A DNA stretch of 64,000 bases from Acidimicrobiia bacterium (GTDB lineage: Bacteria > Actinomycetota > Acidimicrobiia > Spongiisociales > ZC4RG35), in NCBI GenBank assembly GCA_963665765.1, contig OY762464.1, positions 2,601,958 through 2,665,957 of the forward strand, written 5' to 3'. Shown here piece by piece: positions 23,337-31,427 of this stretch (positions are counted from its first letter, which is position 1; the number at the start of each line of letters is the position of its first letter). The notes beneath the pieces are model-generated. The model ran no database searches. It saw only the letters and a list, made by a program, of their open reading frames with translations, and was not told the origin of the DNA. Both the position numbers and the translations under genes were made by a program.

Positions 23337-24194
23337 TTGATGATAGAAGGCGGGTTTAGAAGGAATATGAGCATACCCCCGGATGCTTCCGGAGACATTC
23401 TCAGGGCAATAGCCAGATCTTACCGAGAGGAACTTGGCCCGGCGAGGGCCGAGCAGTTGGTGAACCGGGCGATGGCTCGGTCCAGTGCCCGCTTTTCCCG
23501 ATCCACCGCGATGAGGGTGTTGGCGCCCAGCCTTGCGCTGGCCGTCTCCCTGTTGGCGGTGGGGTGGTTCGCTCTAGTGGACGATGGCGGTCCCCCGGTT
23601 GCAGACTCCGATCCTCCGGCGCCGGTGGCCTCCTCTCCGCTTCCGAGCGACTCGACAGACGAACCAGTCTTCTCTCCGGTGGTCTCCATTCCCACCCACG
23701 AGCTGGAAGAGGCTTTGGACCTCATCGACCAGCAGAAAGAGTTGGAAGCCGCGGAAGTGGTGGTGCGAGCCCTTTCCACGTTTGTTACGCCGGTGAACGT
23801 TGAGAATCGGGACGAAGTCGCTTTGCCGCCCTCCACCGCCGACGTTGAAACCGAGCAGAGTTCGCCTCCGACTTATTCGGTCACGGGCGGGGTTCCGCCG
23901 GAGCAAGGTACCTTTCCGCCGGAGCAGGGCACCTTTCCGGAGGGTGACGCCGCTTCGGAGCCCGCCGAATCTGGGACAGAGACGACAACCGGGCAAACCG
24001 ATCCGCCACCGCCCGTCATCGAATCTCCGCCCACTATCACGGAACTCGGTCAGGCTCTGAAGGTGGAGGTGGAGGAACTGCTGTCCGCCGATCCCCAGGA
24101 CTTGGCGGAGGCAGCCGAAAAGGCGCGGAACGCGGCCACCCCGATTCTGGAGTACGGGAGTGAGCCGAGTATTCTTCTGCCGCCCGACCAATGA
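23337..24194 (+). CDS. Pro-rich single-pass membrane protein upstream of the ECF sigma (possible anti-sigma-like, hypothetical)
   Basis: ~60-aa cytoplasmic N-terminus, one TM helix (LAPSLALAVSLLAVGWFALV), Pro/Glu-rich extracytoplasmic tail with a PPEQGTF tandem repeat. Confidence 0.45.
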   Translation: MMIEGGFRRNMSIPPDASGDILRAIARSYREELGPARAEQLVNRAMARSSARFSRSTAMRVLAPSLALAVSLLAVGWFALVDDGGPPVADSDPPAPVASSPLPSDSTDEPVFSPVVSIPTHELEEALDLIDQQKELEAAEVVVRALSTFVTPVNVENRDEVALPPSTADVETEQSSPPTYSVTGGVPPEQGTFPPEQGTFPEGDAASEPAESGTETTTGQTDPPPPVIESPPTITELGQALKVEVEELLSADPQDLAEAAEKARNAATPILEYGSEPSILLPPDQ

Positions 24195-24326
24195 TCCAAG
24201 CGACCCTGCCGACTGCCGGTATCCAACCGATACCAGCCGCTATCTGAAACGTTCTCTTTCCAGATAGACTTCGGCATCGCGGCCCTTACCCAGACACCAG
24301 ACGCCCCGGCAATAACTTAAAGTTCA

Positions 24327-25313
24327 ATGCTGCCCACGGATTCCCCTGCATGGCCCCCTTCCCTTACTGAGGCCACCGCCGCGCGGGACGGGGACCAGGA
24401 TGCCCTAGCATCCATTCTCGTCCAGGGACTGCCTCGGCTGGTGGCGTTCTATCGCGGCCAGGGTTTGAACCTGTCCGATGCCGAGGACGTGGCGAGCGAT
24501 GCCTGCGAATCGATCATCCGTTCCATCGGACGTCTGAGGTCTCCACAGGCTTTTGAAGCATGGTTTTGGAGGGTGGCCCGTTCCAAATTCCATGACTACC
24601 TGCGCAGGCGCCACCGGCCGCTGCCCGCCCCCGAGATTGAGACGACCCATTCGCTCCCCGATGAACACACCTTGGACCAAGAGGACTTTCAAACGGTCCG
24701 CGCCGCCTACGGAAGACTTGGCGCACAAGACCGGGAGTTGCTCTGGTTGCGGGAAGTGGAAGGTCTGTCCTATGCGGCGATCGGAAGTCGCCTGTTCAAG
24801 CGGGAGGGTTCGGTGAGAGTGGCGATGCTGCGCGCTCGCCGTCGATTGGAGAAACTGATCGAGGAGGAGAGAGAAAAGCCCTATGCGGAGCCGCGCTACC
24901 GAACCCCTTCCGTTCTGTTCACCGAAGCCCAGGATGCCTGCTGTTCGCAGATGGCTGCCGCGTTGTTGCGAACCATGGCGACGGGATCGGTGAGGGTGTT
25001 CAATGGGGGGTTGGCTCCCGCCGCGGCGGTGGACCCCGGGACCGTGCAGGTACTGGCTGAACGGGGCATAGACATCGGTGGGGCGCGTCCGGTCCGGTTG
25101 AACAAAGGCATGGTGGAGGCAGCCGAGGTGGTGGTGTATTTCGGCGGGGAGCAATTGCCGATCACGGCCGATAAGCGTTACCTGAGGTGGCAGATCCCCT
25201 CGCCTGAGGGAGAGGGGCTGGAGGGAATGAGAAGAGCGTTTGATGAAATAGAACGGCGAGTTTGGGAATTAATGGTCCTTTTGGAGATAAAACCTCGCCG
25301 GATAAACCCTTGA
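24327..25313 (+). CDS. ECF (group 4) sigma factor fused to a C-terminal degenerate ArsC/LMW-PTP-like domain
   Basis: Sigma70 region 2 (LSDAEDVASDACESIIRSIGRL...FEAWFWRVARSKFHDY) and region 4 (LWLREVEGLSYAAIGSRLFKREGSVRVAMLRARRRL). The C-terminal ~130 aa align to Bacillus ArsC / LMW-PTP (FTEAQDACCSQMAAALL vs FLCTGNSCRSQMAEGW; ERGIDIGGARPVRL vs EVGIDISNQTSDII). The catalytic Cys and Arg are replaced. Confidence 0.75.
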   Translation: MLPTDSPAWPPSLTEATAARDGDQDALASILVQGLPRLVAFYRGQGLNLSDAEDVASDACESIIRSIGRLRSPQAFEAWFWRVARSKFHDYLRRRHRPLPAPEIETTHSLPDEHTLDQEDFQTVRAAYGRLGAQDRELLWLREVEGLSYAAIGSRLFKREGSVRVAMLRARRRLEKLIEEEREKPYAEPRYRTPSVLFTEAQDACCSQMAAALLRTMATGSVRVFNGGLAPAAAVDPGTVQVLAERGIDIGGARPVRLNKGMVEAAEVVVYFGGEQLPITADKRYLRWQIPSPEGEGLEGMRRAFDEIERRVWELMVLLEIKPRRINP

Positions 25314-25388
25314 ATTTGAAAAAAGGGGTTCCCCATTTAGGGTTTCTGTTGCATAATGAATGGCGGGTGCGTTTTATGAAGAATCACC

Positions 25389-26402
25389 TTGAGCGACCAC
25401 TCCGAGGCGGGGCTAAGGATGGTTGCAAGAAAACGCGCCGGAGCCAGAAAGGATCTAGGAGTGCGACTCACCAATGAAATAACGGATGAGCGGGGCCGAC
25501 TTACCTCCGATCTGGTAGCTCAGTACCTATCCGCCATCAGCCAGACCGATCTGCTCGATGCTCAGCAGGAGGTGGAGTTGGCACAGTTGATGGAGCGAGG
25601 TCGCCAGGCGAAGGGCATGTTGGAAGAAGGCGAGTTTGAGACCTTGGCGGACAAAAGGATTTTGGACAGGCGGAGGCGTCGGGGGGCGGACGCCAAGAAT
25701 CAGTTTGTCCAAGCCAATCTGCGCTTGGTGGTGCACAACGCTCGGCGCTATCAGGGAGTCCGGGGTATCGATTTTCTGGATCTGGTTCAGGAAGGAAACC
25801 TGGGTCTGATCCGGGCCGTGGAAAAATTCGACTGGCGCAAGGGTTTCAAGTTCTCCACCTACGCCACTTGGTGGATCAAACAGGCCATAACCCGCGCCAT
25901 TGCCGACAAGTCTCGCACCGTGCGTATCCCGGCTCATCTTCACGACACCTTGGCCAAGGTTCGATTGGCCCAAGGGATTCTCAAAGGAAAGCTGGGTCGC
26001 ATGCCCGAGCCCGACGAGATCTCGCAGGAGACGGGTATCCGCATCGATCATGTGGAACAGGCGCTGGTGCTGTCCGACACGGTCTCTTTGGAGGAGCCGG
26101 TGGGAGAGGACGGAGCGCAGCGGGGAGACTTCATTGAGGACGGCGACGCCGAGAATCCCGAAGCCATCGCCGAGGCGACCAGTGTGGCCATCGCCATGCG
26201 CAATTCCATCAGAAAACTACCGGATCGTGAGCGCAAGATCATGGAATTGCGGTATGGATTGGATGACGGGATTCCCAAGGGTCTGGATGAGATCGGCAGC
26301 CACTTCCAGTTGACCCGGGAAAGGATTCGCCAGTTGGAGAAACTAGCCTTGTGCAGGCTGAGACACCCCTCCTACGGGATCCGGCAACAGGACTTGATAT
26401 AG
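25389..26402 (+). CDS. RNA polymerase sigma-70 family factor (RpoD/group-2-like)
   Basis: Regions 1.2-4 present: DLVAQYLSAI, NLRLVVHNARRYQ, IDFLDLVQEGNLGLIRAVEKFD, STYATWWIKQAITRAIAD, LTRERIRQLEKLAL. No long region 1.1. Confidence 0.85.
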   Translation: MSDHSEAGLRMVARKRAGARKDLGVRLTNEITDERGRLTSDLVAQYLSAISQTDLLDAQQEVELAQLMERGRQAKGMLEEGEFETLADKRILDRRRRRGADAKNQFVQANLRLVVHNARRYQGVRGIDFLDLVQEGNLGLIRAVEKFDWRKGFKFSTYATWWIKQAITRAIADKSRTVRIPAHLHDTLAKVRLAQGILKGKLGRMPEPDEISQETGIRIDHVEQALVLSDTVSLEEPVGEDGAQRGDFIEDGDAENPEAIAEATSVAIAMRNSIRKLPDRERKIMELRYGLDDGIPKGLDEIGSHFQLTRERIRQLEKLALCRLRHPSYGIRQQDLI

Positions 26403-26464
26403 GAAAATTTCCGCCGGTCGTCTGCTAGTGTCCTGATCTCAAAGGGGTTTAACCGAGTGATTTT

Positions 26465-27832
26465 GTGAGACACCGTCGGACCGTGCAAGGCTTTCCGTTC
26501 AGGCTGGCGCTGGCCGGTCTTGCGCTGGTCGGGACGGCTCTTTTTATGGTCCTTCCGGCTTTGGGTCAGTCGTCGGAGACGGTGGGTACCCGGTTGCGAT
26601 ACCAGAACGAGGAGGGAAACCGGGTGCCGGTGGGGGGGGCGAGTCTGTCCGTGTCCACCCTGGATGGGATCGAAATCGGATCGGGGGTCACCGACGCCGA
26701 CGGAGCGTTTTCCACGCCGGTTCCCGGGCCCGCCGTGTATGCGGTGACCATCGATATCGGTACCCTCCCGCCGGGAATCCGGTTGCGTGAGCCGGACCGG
26801 ATCACGGTGGAGGTGGAGGTGCTGGAAGGCCGGGATGGGCGAGCCATTTTCTCCTTGACCAGCGGGGCGGTGGAGATGGTCGAAGAGAGTGGGGGGATAT
26901 CTCTTCGGCGGGTGGCGCAACTCACCACCGAGGGAATCAAACTGGGATTGTTCCTCGGCATGGCCGCCATCGGGCTTTCGTTGGTATTCGGAACCACCGG
27001 CCTGGTCAACTTCGCCCACGGCGAGATGGTTACCTGGGGAATGCTCTCGGCCTATTTCTTCAATTACTTCGGCTTGGCCGGAGCGTTCGGTTTCATGGCC
27101 GGCTGGTGGCCGCCGTTGGGGGACGGGGTCAATCTGATTCTGGCGGCGGTGTTGGCGGTGTTGATCGGGGGGTTGACCGGGTATTTGATGGACCGGTGGA
27201 TTTTTCGACCCCTACGTACCCGGGGCGTGAGCCTCATCGCCCAGATGGTGGTGACCATCGGGCTTTCGATCCTGGCCCGCTATGTTTTCCTTTTCATATT
27301 CGGAGGGAATCTGAGGTTCTTCAGGGACTACTCCGCCCAAAGCGCCCTGCAGATCTGGATAATCGAGATCACTCCCAAGGACCTGATCACCGTGGTGCTC
27401 TCGGTTCTGATCCTGCTGGGTGTGGGGTTGTTCCTGCAGCGGACCCAAACCGGCAAGGCCATGCGGGCGGTGGCGGACAATCGTGATCTGGCTGAATCTT
27501 CGGGCATCAATGTCCAAGGGGTGATCCGCACCGTCTGGATCGGGGCCGGCGCCCTGGCCGGGCTGGGTGGGGTGTTCATCGGGTTGGCCGAGCAACTGAG
27601 TTGGCTGATCGGGTTCCGGATGCTGCTTTTGATCTTCGCCGGGGTGGTGCTGGGCGGGCTCGGCACGGCCTACGGAGCTTTGCTGGGATGTCTTCTGGTG
27701 GGGATCGGCATTCAACTCTCCACTCTGTTCATCCCGGTGGAACTGAAAAACATCGGTGCCCTGGTGGTGCTGGCTTTGGTGCTGGTAGTGCGTCCCCAGG
27801 GCATTTTGGGCAGGAGGGAGCGGTTCGGGTAG
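26465..27832 (+). CDS. livH: Branched-chain amino acid ABC transporter permease LivH with a ~150-aa N-terminal signal/periplasmic extension
   Basis: C-terminal 300 aa carries LivH motifs (FGTTGLVNFAHGEM...). The N-terminus has a signal/TM segment plus a beta-rich ~130-aa domain not normally present. Confidence 0.8.
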   Translation: MRHRRTVQGFPFRLALAGLALVGTALFMVLPALGQSSETVGTRLRYQNEEGNRVPVGGASLSVSTLDGIEIGSGVTDADGAFSTPVPGPAVYAVTIDIGTLPPGIRLREPDRITVEVEVLEGRDGRAIFSLTSGAVEMVEESGGISLRRVAQLTTEGIKLGLFLGMAAIGLSLVFGTTGLVNFAHGEMVTWGMLSAYFFNYFGLAGAFGFMAGWWPPLGDGVNLILAAVLAVLIGGLTGYLMDRWIFRPLRTRGVSLIAQMVVTIGLSILARYVFLFIFGGNLRFFRDYSAQSALQIWIIEITPKDLITVVLSVLILLGVGLFLQRTQTGKAMRAVADNRDLAESSGINVQGVIRTVWIGAGALAGLGGVFIGLAEQLSWLIGFRMLLLIFAGVVLGGLGTAYGALLGCLLVGIGIQLSTLFIPVELKNIGALVVLALVLVVRPQGILGRRERFG

Positions 27833-27834
27833 CT

Positions 27835-28845
27835 ATGACGGTGGCAGCGATCGACTGGGGTTTCATCCTGATCCAGACGGTGGAGACGTCGTTGGGTCTG
27901 GAGGCGGCGGTGTATGCCTTGGCGGCGGTGGGTTTGAATATCCACTTCGGTTACGCGGGGTTGCTGAACTTCGGACAGGTGGGTTTTGTGGCCGCCGGGG
28001 CCTATGGGATGGGATTGTCCGTGACCTTGTGGAACCTCAACCCGTTCTTGGCGGTGCTGGTGGGCATGGGTTTTGCCACCGCCTTCGCCCTCATCCTGGG
28101 ACTCCCCACTCTCCGTCTGAGAGGCGACTACCTGGCGATCGTCACCATCGCGGCCGCCGAGATTATTCGTCTGCTGGCTCGCTCCACCACTCTGGGCGAC
28201 ATCACCCGAGGCGCGGAGGGTCTCCATGCCTTCATCGGACCCTTCCGGGAGTTGAATCCCTTCGATCCCGGCGTCGAGTACGGGGTCGGACCTTTTCAGG
28301 TGGGCGGCAACCAGTTTTTCGCCATCGTGCTGGGATGGGGAGTGACGGCGGTGGCCCTGGTGGTTATCTGGCAGTTGATGAGAAGTCCCTGGGGCAGAGT
28401 GGTGAAGGCCATCCGGGAAGACGAGGACGCGGCTCGAGCGCTGGGTAAGAACGCCTATTGGTACAAGCTGCAGGCTTTGATCCTGGGTGGAGTGATCGGG
28501 GGATTGGCCGGCATGGTGCAGGCGGTGGGGAAAGCCACCATCCAGCCCGATTCGTTCGTTCCCGCCTACACGTTCTTCTTTTGGACAGTGCTGATCCTGG
28601 GTGGAGTGGGGCGCATCTGGTCGCCGGTGGTGGGCGCCATGGTCTTTTGGGCCATGCTTACCTTCTTCCAGGGAACCCTGGCGGCTTTGGTCAATGAGGG
28701 ATGGATCCCCACCGCTTTGATGGACCCGACTCAGGTCAACCAGATCCGGTTCATGCTGGTGGGGGTGGGATTGGCGTTGCTGATGGTCTTTCGACCACAG
28801 GGAATCTTTGGGTCACGAGAGGAGATGATGCTGGATGTCCGGTAA
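27835..28845 (+). CDS. livM: Branched-chain amino acid ABC transporter permease LivM
   Basis: LNFGQVGFVAAGAYG...LRLRGDYLAIVTIAAAEII motifs. ATG 27835 chosen over the overlapping upstream start at 27601. Confidence 0.85.
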   Translation: MTVAAIDWGFILIQTVETSLGLEAAVYALAAVGLNIHFGYAGLLNFGQVGFVAAGAYGMGLSVTLWNLNPFLAVLVGMGFATAFALILGLPTLRLRGDYLAIVTIAAAEIIRLLARSTTLGDITRGAEGLHAFIGPFRELNPFDPGVEYGVGPFQVGGNQFFAIVLGWGVTAVALVVIWQLMRSPWGRVVKAIREDEDAARALGKNAYWYKLQALILGGVIGGLAGMVQAVGKATIQPDSFVPAYTFFFWTVLILGGVGRIWSPVVGAMVFWAMLTFFQGTLAALVNEGWIPTALMDPTQVNQIRFMLVGVGLALLMVFRPQGIFGSREEMMLDVR

Positions 28846-29692
28846 CCACCGCTCCGATGGGGGGCATCCTCTCGCCGATGTGGAGCAGGTCCCCGGCGTG
28901 GCCAAGCCCGACCCGATCCTGGTGGTCGAAAACATGCGCCGGGCCTTTGGGGGTTTGGTGGCGGTCGACGTGGACCATTTGGAGATCCAGCGGGGGATCA
29001 TCACCGCCTTGATCGGACCCAACGGCGCCGGTAAGACCACCTTCTTCAACCTGCTGACCGGGTTCGACAGTCCCGACGCGGGATCGGTGATGTTCGATGG
29101 AAAGGACGTTCAGCGCCTGAATTCGCACCGACGGGCGCAGGCGGGGATGGTGCGGACTTTCCAGCTCACCAAAGCGTTGACCAAACTGTCCGTGTTGGAG
29201 AACATGAAGCTGGGCGCCAAGGGCCAGGTCGGCGAACGCTTCCTGCCGTCGCTGTTGCCACCCCTTTGGAGGTCCCAGGAGAAGGTTATCGAGGAGCGGG
29301 CCCACCAACTGTTGGAGCGGTTCAGCCTCCATCACATGGCGGAGGAGTATTCGGGGACTCTGTCAGGAGGCCAGCGCAAGCTGTTGGAGATGGCCAGAGC
29401 CCTGATGGCCGCCCCGGCGGTGGTTATGTTGGACGAGCCGGTGGCCGGTGTCAATCCTGCTCTGACCCAGTCGCTGCTGGAGCATGTCAAGCGGCTCCCC
29501 GATGAAGGCGTTACGGTGATTTTCGTGGAGCATGATATGGATGTGGTGTGGGATATCTCCGACTGGGTGGTGGTCATAGCCGAAGGGGCGGTGATTGCCG
29601 AAGGTGTTCCCGAATCGATCGGGAAAAATCGGGCGGTGATCGATGCCTATCTGGGATCGGGCCAGGATGTCCTCGAATCCGAGGAGGTATAG
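28835..29692 (+). CDS. livG: Branched-chain amino acid ABC transporter ATP-binding protein LivG
   Basis: GPNGAGKTTFFNLLTG Walker A, LSGGQRKLLEMARAL signature, VMLDEPVAG Walker B. Confidence 0.85.
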   Translation: MSGNHRSDGGHPLADVEQVPGVAKPDPILVVENMRRAFGGLVAVDVDHLEIQRGIITALIGPNGAGKTTFFNLLTGFDSPDAGSVMFDGKDVQRLNSHRRAQAGMVRTFQLTKALTKLSVLENMKLGAKGQVGERFLPSLLPPLWRSQEKVIEERAHQLLERFSLHHMAEEYSGTLSGGQRKLLEMARALMAAPAVVMLDEPVAGVNPALTQSLLEHVKRLPDEGVTVIFVEHDMDVVWDISDWVVVIAEGAVIAEGVPESIGKNRAVIDAYLGSGQDVLESEEV

Positions 29693-29696
29693 GCCG

Positions 29697-30443
29697 GTGA
29701 GCGGAGATAACAGTTCGGGACGCCCGCTGGTGGAGTTGCGCCACCTGGTGGCGGGCTACCTGCCGGGGGTGGACATTCTCAAGCAAGTTGACCTGACCCT
29801 CTACCCGGGGGAGATGATCGGAATCATCGGTCCCAATGGCGCCGGCAAATCAACCTTGCTGAAGGCGCTGTTCGGACTCTTGGATGTCCGTTCGGGAGAG
29901 GTGATCTACAAGGGAGAATCCATCAAGGGGCTGCGGGCTTACGAGTTGGTTGCCAAAGGGGTGGGATACGTGCCCCAGCTCAACAACGTGTTCGCGGCGC
30001 TCACGGTGATGGAGAACCTGGAGATGGGGGTGTACCTGCAGCCGGACAAAACCGCCGAGCGTCTGGAGAGGGTGGTGGAGTTCTTTCCCAGGTTGGGGGA
30101 GCGTCTCGGGCAGCGAGCGGGGCTTCTTTCGGGAGGGGAGCGGCAGATGTTGGCGATGGGCCGGGCTCTGATGATGAATCCGCAGGTGTTGTTGCTGGAC
30201 GAGCCCTCGGCGGGGCTCTCTCCGGTTCTGCAAGATCAGGTATTTGCCCGGACCGGAGACATCAACCGCTCCGGGGTGGCGGTGATCATGGTGGAGCAGA
30301 ACGCCCGGCGGTGCCTGCAGATCTGCCACCGGGGCTATGTGCTGGACCACGGGCGCAACGCCTACACCGGCACCGGGCAGAGTCTGCTGAGTGATCCGAA
30401 AGTGATCGAACTCTACTTGGGGACCTTGGCCCGGGGCGGCTAA
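29697..30443 (+). CDS. livF: Branched-chain amino acid ABC transporter ATP-binding protein LivF
   Basis: GPNGAGKSTLLKALFG, LSGGERQMLAMGRAL, LLLDEPSAGL. GTG 29697 is preceded by a GAGGAGG RBS. Confidence 0.85.
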   Translation: MSGDNSSGRPLVELRHLVAGYLPGVDILKQVDLTLYPGEMIGIIGPNGAGKSTLLKALFGLLDVRSGEVIYKGESIKGLRAYELVAKGVGYVPQLNNVFAALTVMENLEMGVYLQPDKTAERLERVVEFFPRLGERLGQRAGLLSGGERQMLAMGRALMMNPQVLLLDEPSAGLSPVLQDQVFARTGDINRSGVAVIMVEQNARRCLQICHRGYVLDHGRNAYTGTGQSLLSDPKVIELYLGTLARGG

Positions 30444-30502
30444 ACAGGCTAAGGTTTCGGACAATAGATGGGTTCTGCCGTCCCTTGGGTGCCACCCGCC
30501 AA

Positions 30503-30718
30503 CTATTGAGATAGCCACTCTTCCCGTGAGATGTCGGCTCGGTTGAGAAGATCTCTGAGAATGTCCACACGCACCTCTCCGGGGTTTGGGATGCGAAGGG
30601 TTCTCTGACCCTTTCTCATAAAAGGATGATGCGTTCCCGTTTCGGGTCCGGACCAACCGTTTTTCCGCAGGCGCTTGATCAGGTCTCTTTGGCTGATCGG
30701 GGTCAGCCGCAAGCTCAT
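30503..30718 (-). CDS. hicA: Type II toxin HicA (mRNA interferase)
   Basis: 71 aa. LIKRLRKNGWSGPETGTHHPFMRKGQ...RIPNPGE matches the HicA dsRBD-like family (GSHH...F..P pattern). 4-bp overlap with the upstream gene. Confidence 0.75.
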   Translation of the reverse strand: MSLRLTPISQRDLIKRLRKNGWSGPETGTHHPFMRKGQRTLRIPNPGEVRVDILRDLLNRADISREEWLSQ

Positions 30719-31083
30719 GCCATCGCGTACGCGAGATTTATGTGTTCCATTTTGGGGATGTCATTATCACGGTTGGATAGCTTCAAGTCCAGCCATTCAG
30801 TTAACACCGATTCCAGTTCCACCAGAGCATCATTGCGTGTTTCTCCAAACCCCCATGCTCCGTCTACTCCGGCAATGGAAGCGATGAACCCAACGGGGTC
30901 TTGGATAGGACGACAGATCGCATGGAACATGGCGATCCTTATCCACCTTTTAGCCAACTCTTCGGATGAAGGGCTTGAGACATTGTCGTTAGTTAAGACA
31001 TGCTCTGGTACCTCGGGGCGAAGCACTCGAGTCTTTTCTGTGTTCCCTGGCCAAACATGCGGGCTGTAGGTTAGCAAGGTCAT
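30715..31083 (-). CDS. hicB: HicB-family antitoxin-like protein
   Basis: C-terminal DPVGFIASIAGVDGAWGFGETRNDALVELESVLTEWLDL matches the HicB/UPF0150 core (..PGC.TQGDT.EEAL.N..EA..L.LE). No obvious RHH/HTH domain. Confidence 0.55.
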   Translation of the reverse strand: MTLLTYSPHVWPGNTEKTRVLRPEVPEHVLTNDNVSSPSSEELAKRWIRIAMFHAICRPIQDPVGFIASIAGVDGAWGFGETRNDALVELESVLTEWLDLKLSNRDNDIPKMEHINLAYAMA

Positions 31084-31328
31084 ATATCCTCCTCCGGCAC
31101 TGAAATGGACATCACGTTGGTTGATTCGAACATGTAGACCGGGCGACCTAGAGGGTCCTGCTGACCTTCCATGCGAAATATGTTGGTTAATGCCAGTTTC
31201 ACACGCAACAGAGTTCCATCATCAAGAAGATAACTCATCCAAGGCTCCTCGCCTTCAGCGCGGAACCCGAGTTCAACGGCATCAATCATCTCGCCGTTGG
31301 GAGATCTAATCTTCCGTTTCCTTTCCAT
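31080..31328 (-). CDS. Small hypothetical protein (82 aa), translationally coupled upstream of hicB-hicA
   Basis: ATG at 31328 is preceded by a strong AAAGGAG RBS (31346-31340). The stop overlaps the hicB start by 4 bp. No recognisable family. GC ~50%. Confidence 0.45.
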   Translation of the reverse strand: MERKRKIRSPNGEMIDAVELGFRAEGEEPWMSYLLDDGTLLRVKLALTNIFRMEGQQDPLGRPVYMFESTNVMSISVPEEDI

Positions 31329-31427
31329 GGTGGTAAACACTCCTTTGACCCGCTTAACTGTTCGAACCAGGTGGGGACCGGGTAAAACCGGCCCCCACCT
31401 GGTCATTTTGGTTAGTTTCGTTTGACT

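Noticed and set aside
27601-27834. Upstream start for livM overlapping livH by 230 bp
   Set aside because: ATG 27835 begins right after the livH stop and matches the usual LivM N-terminus.
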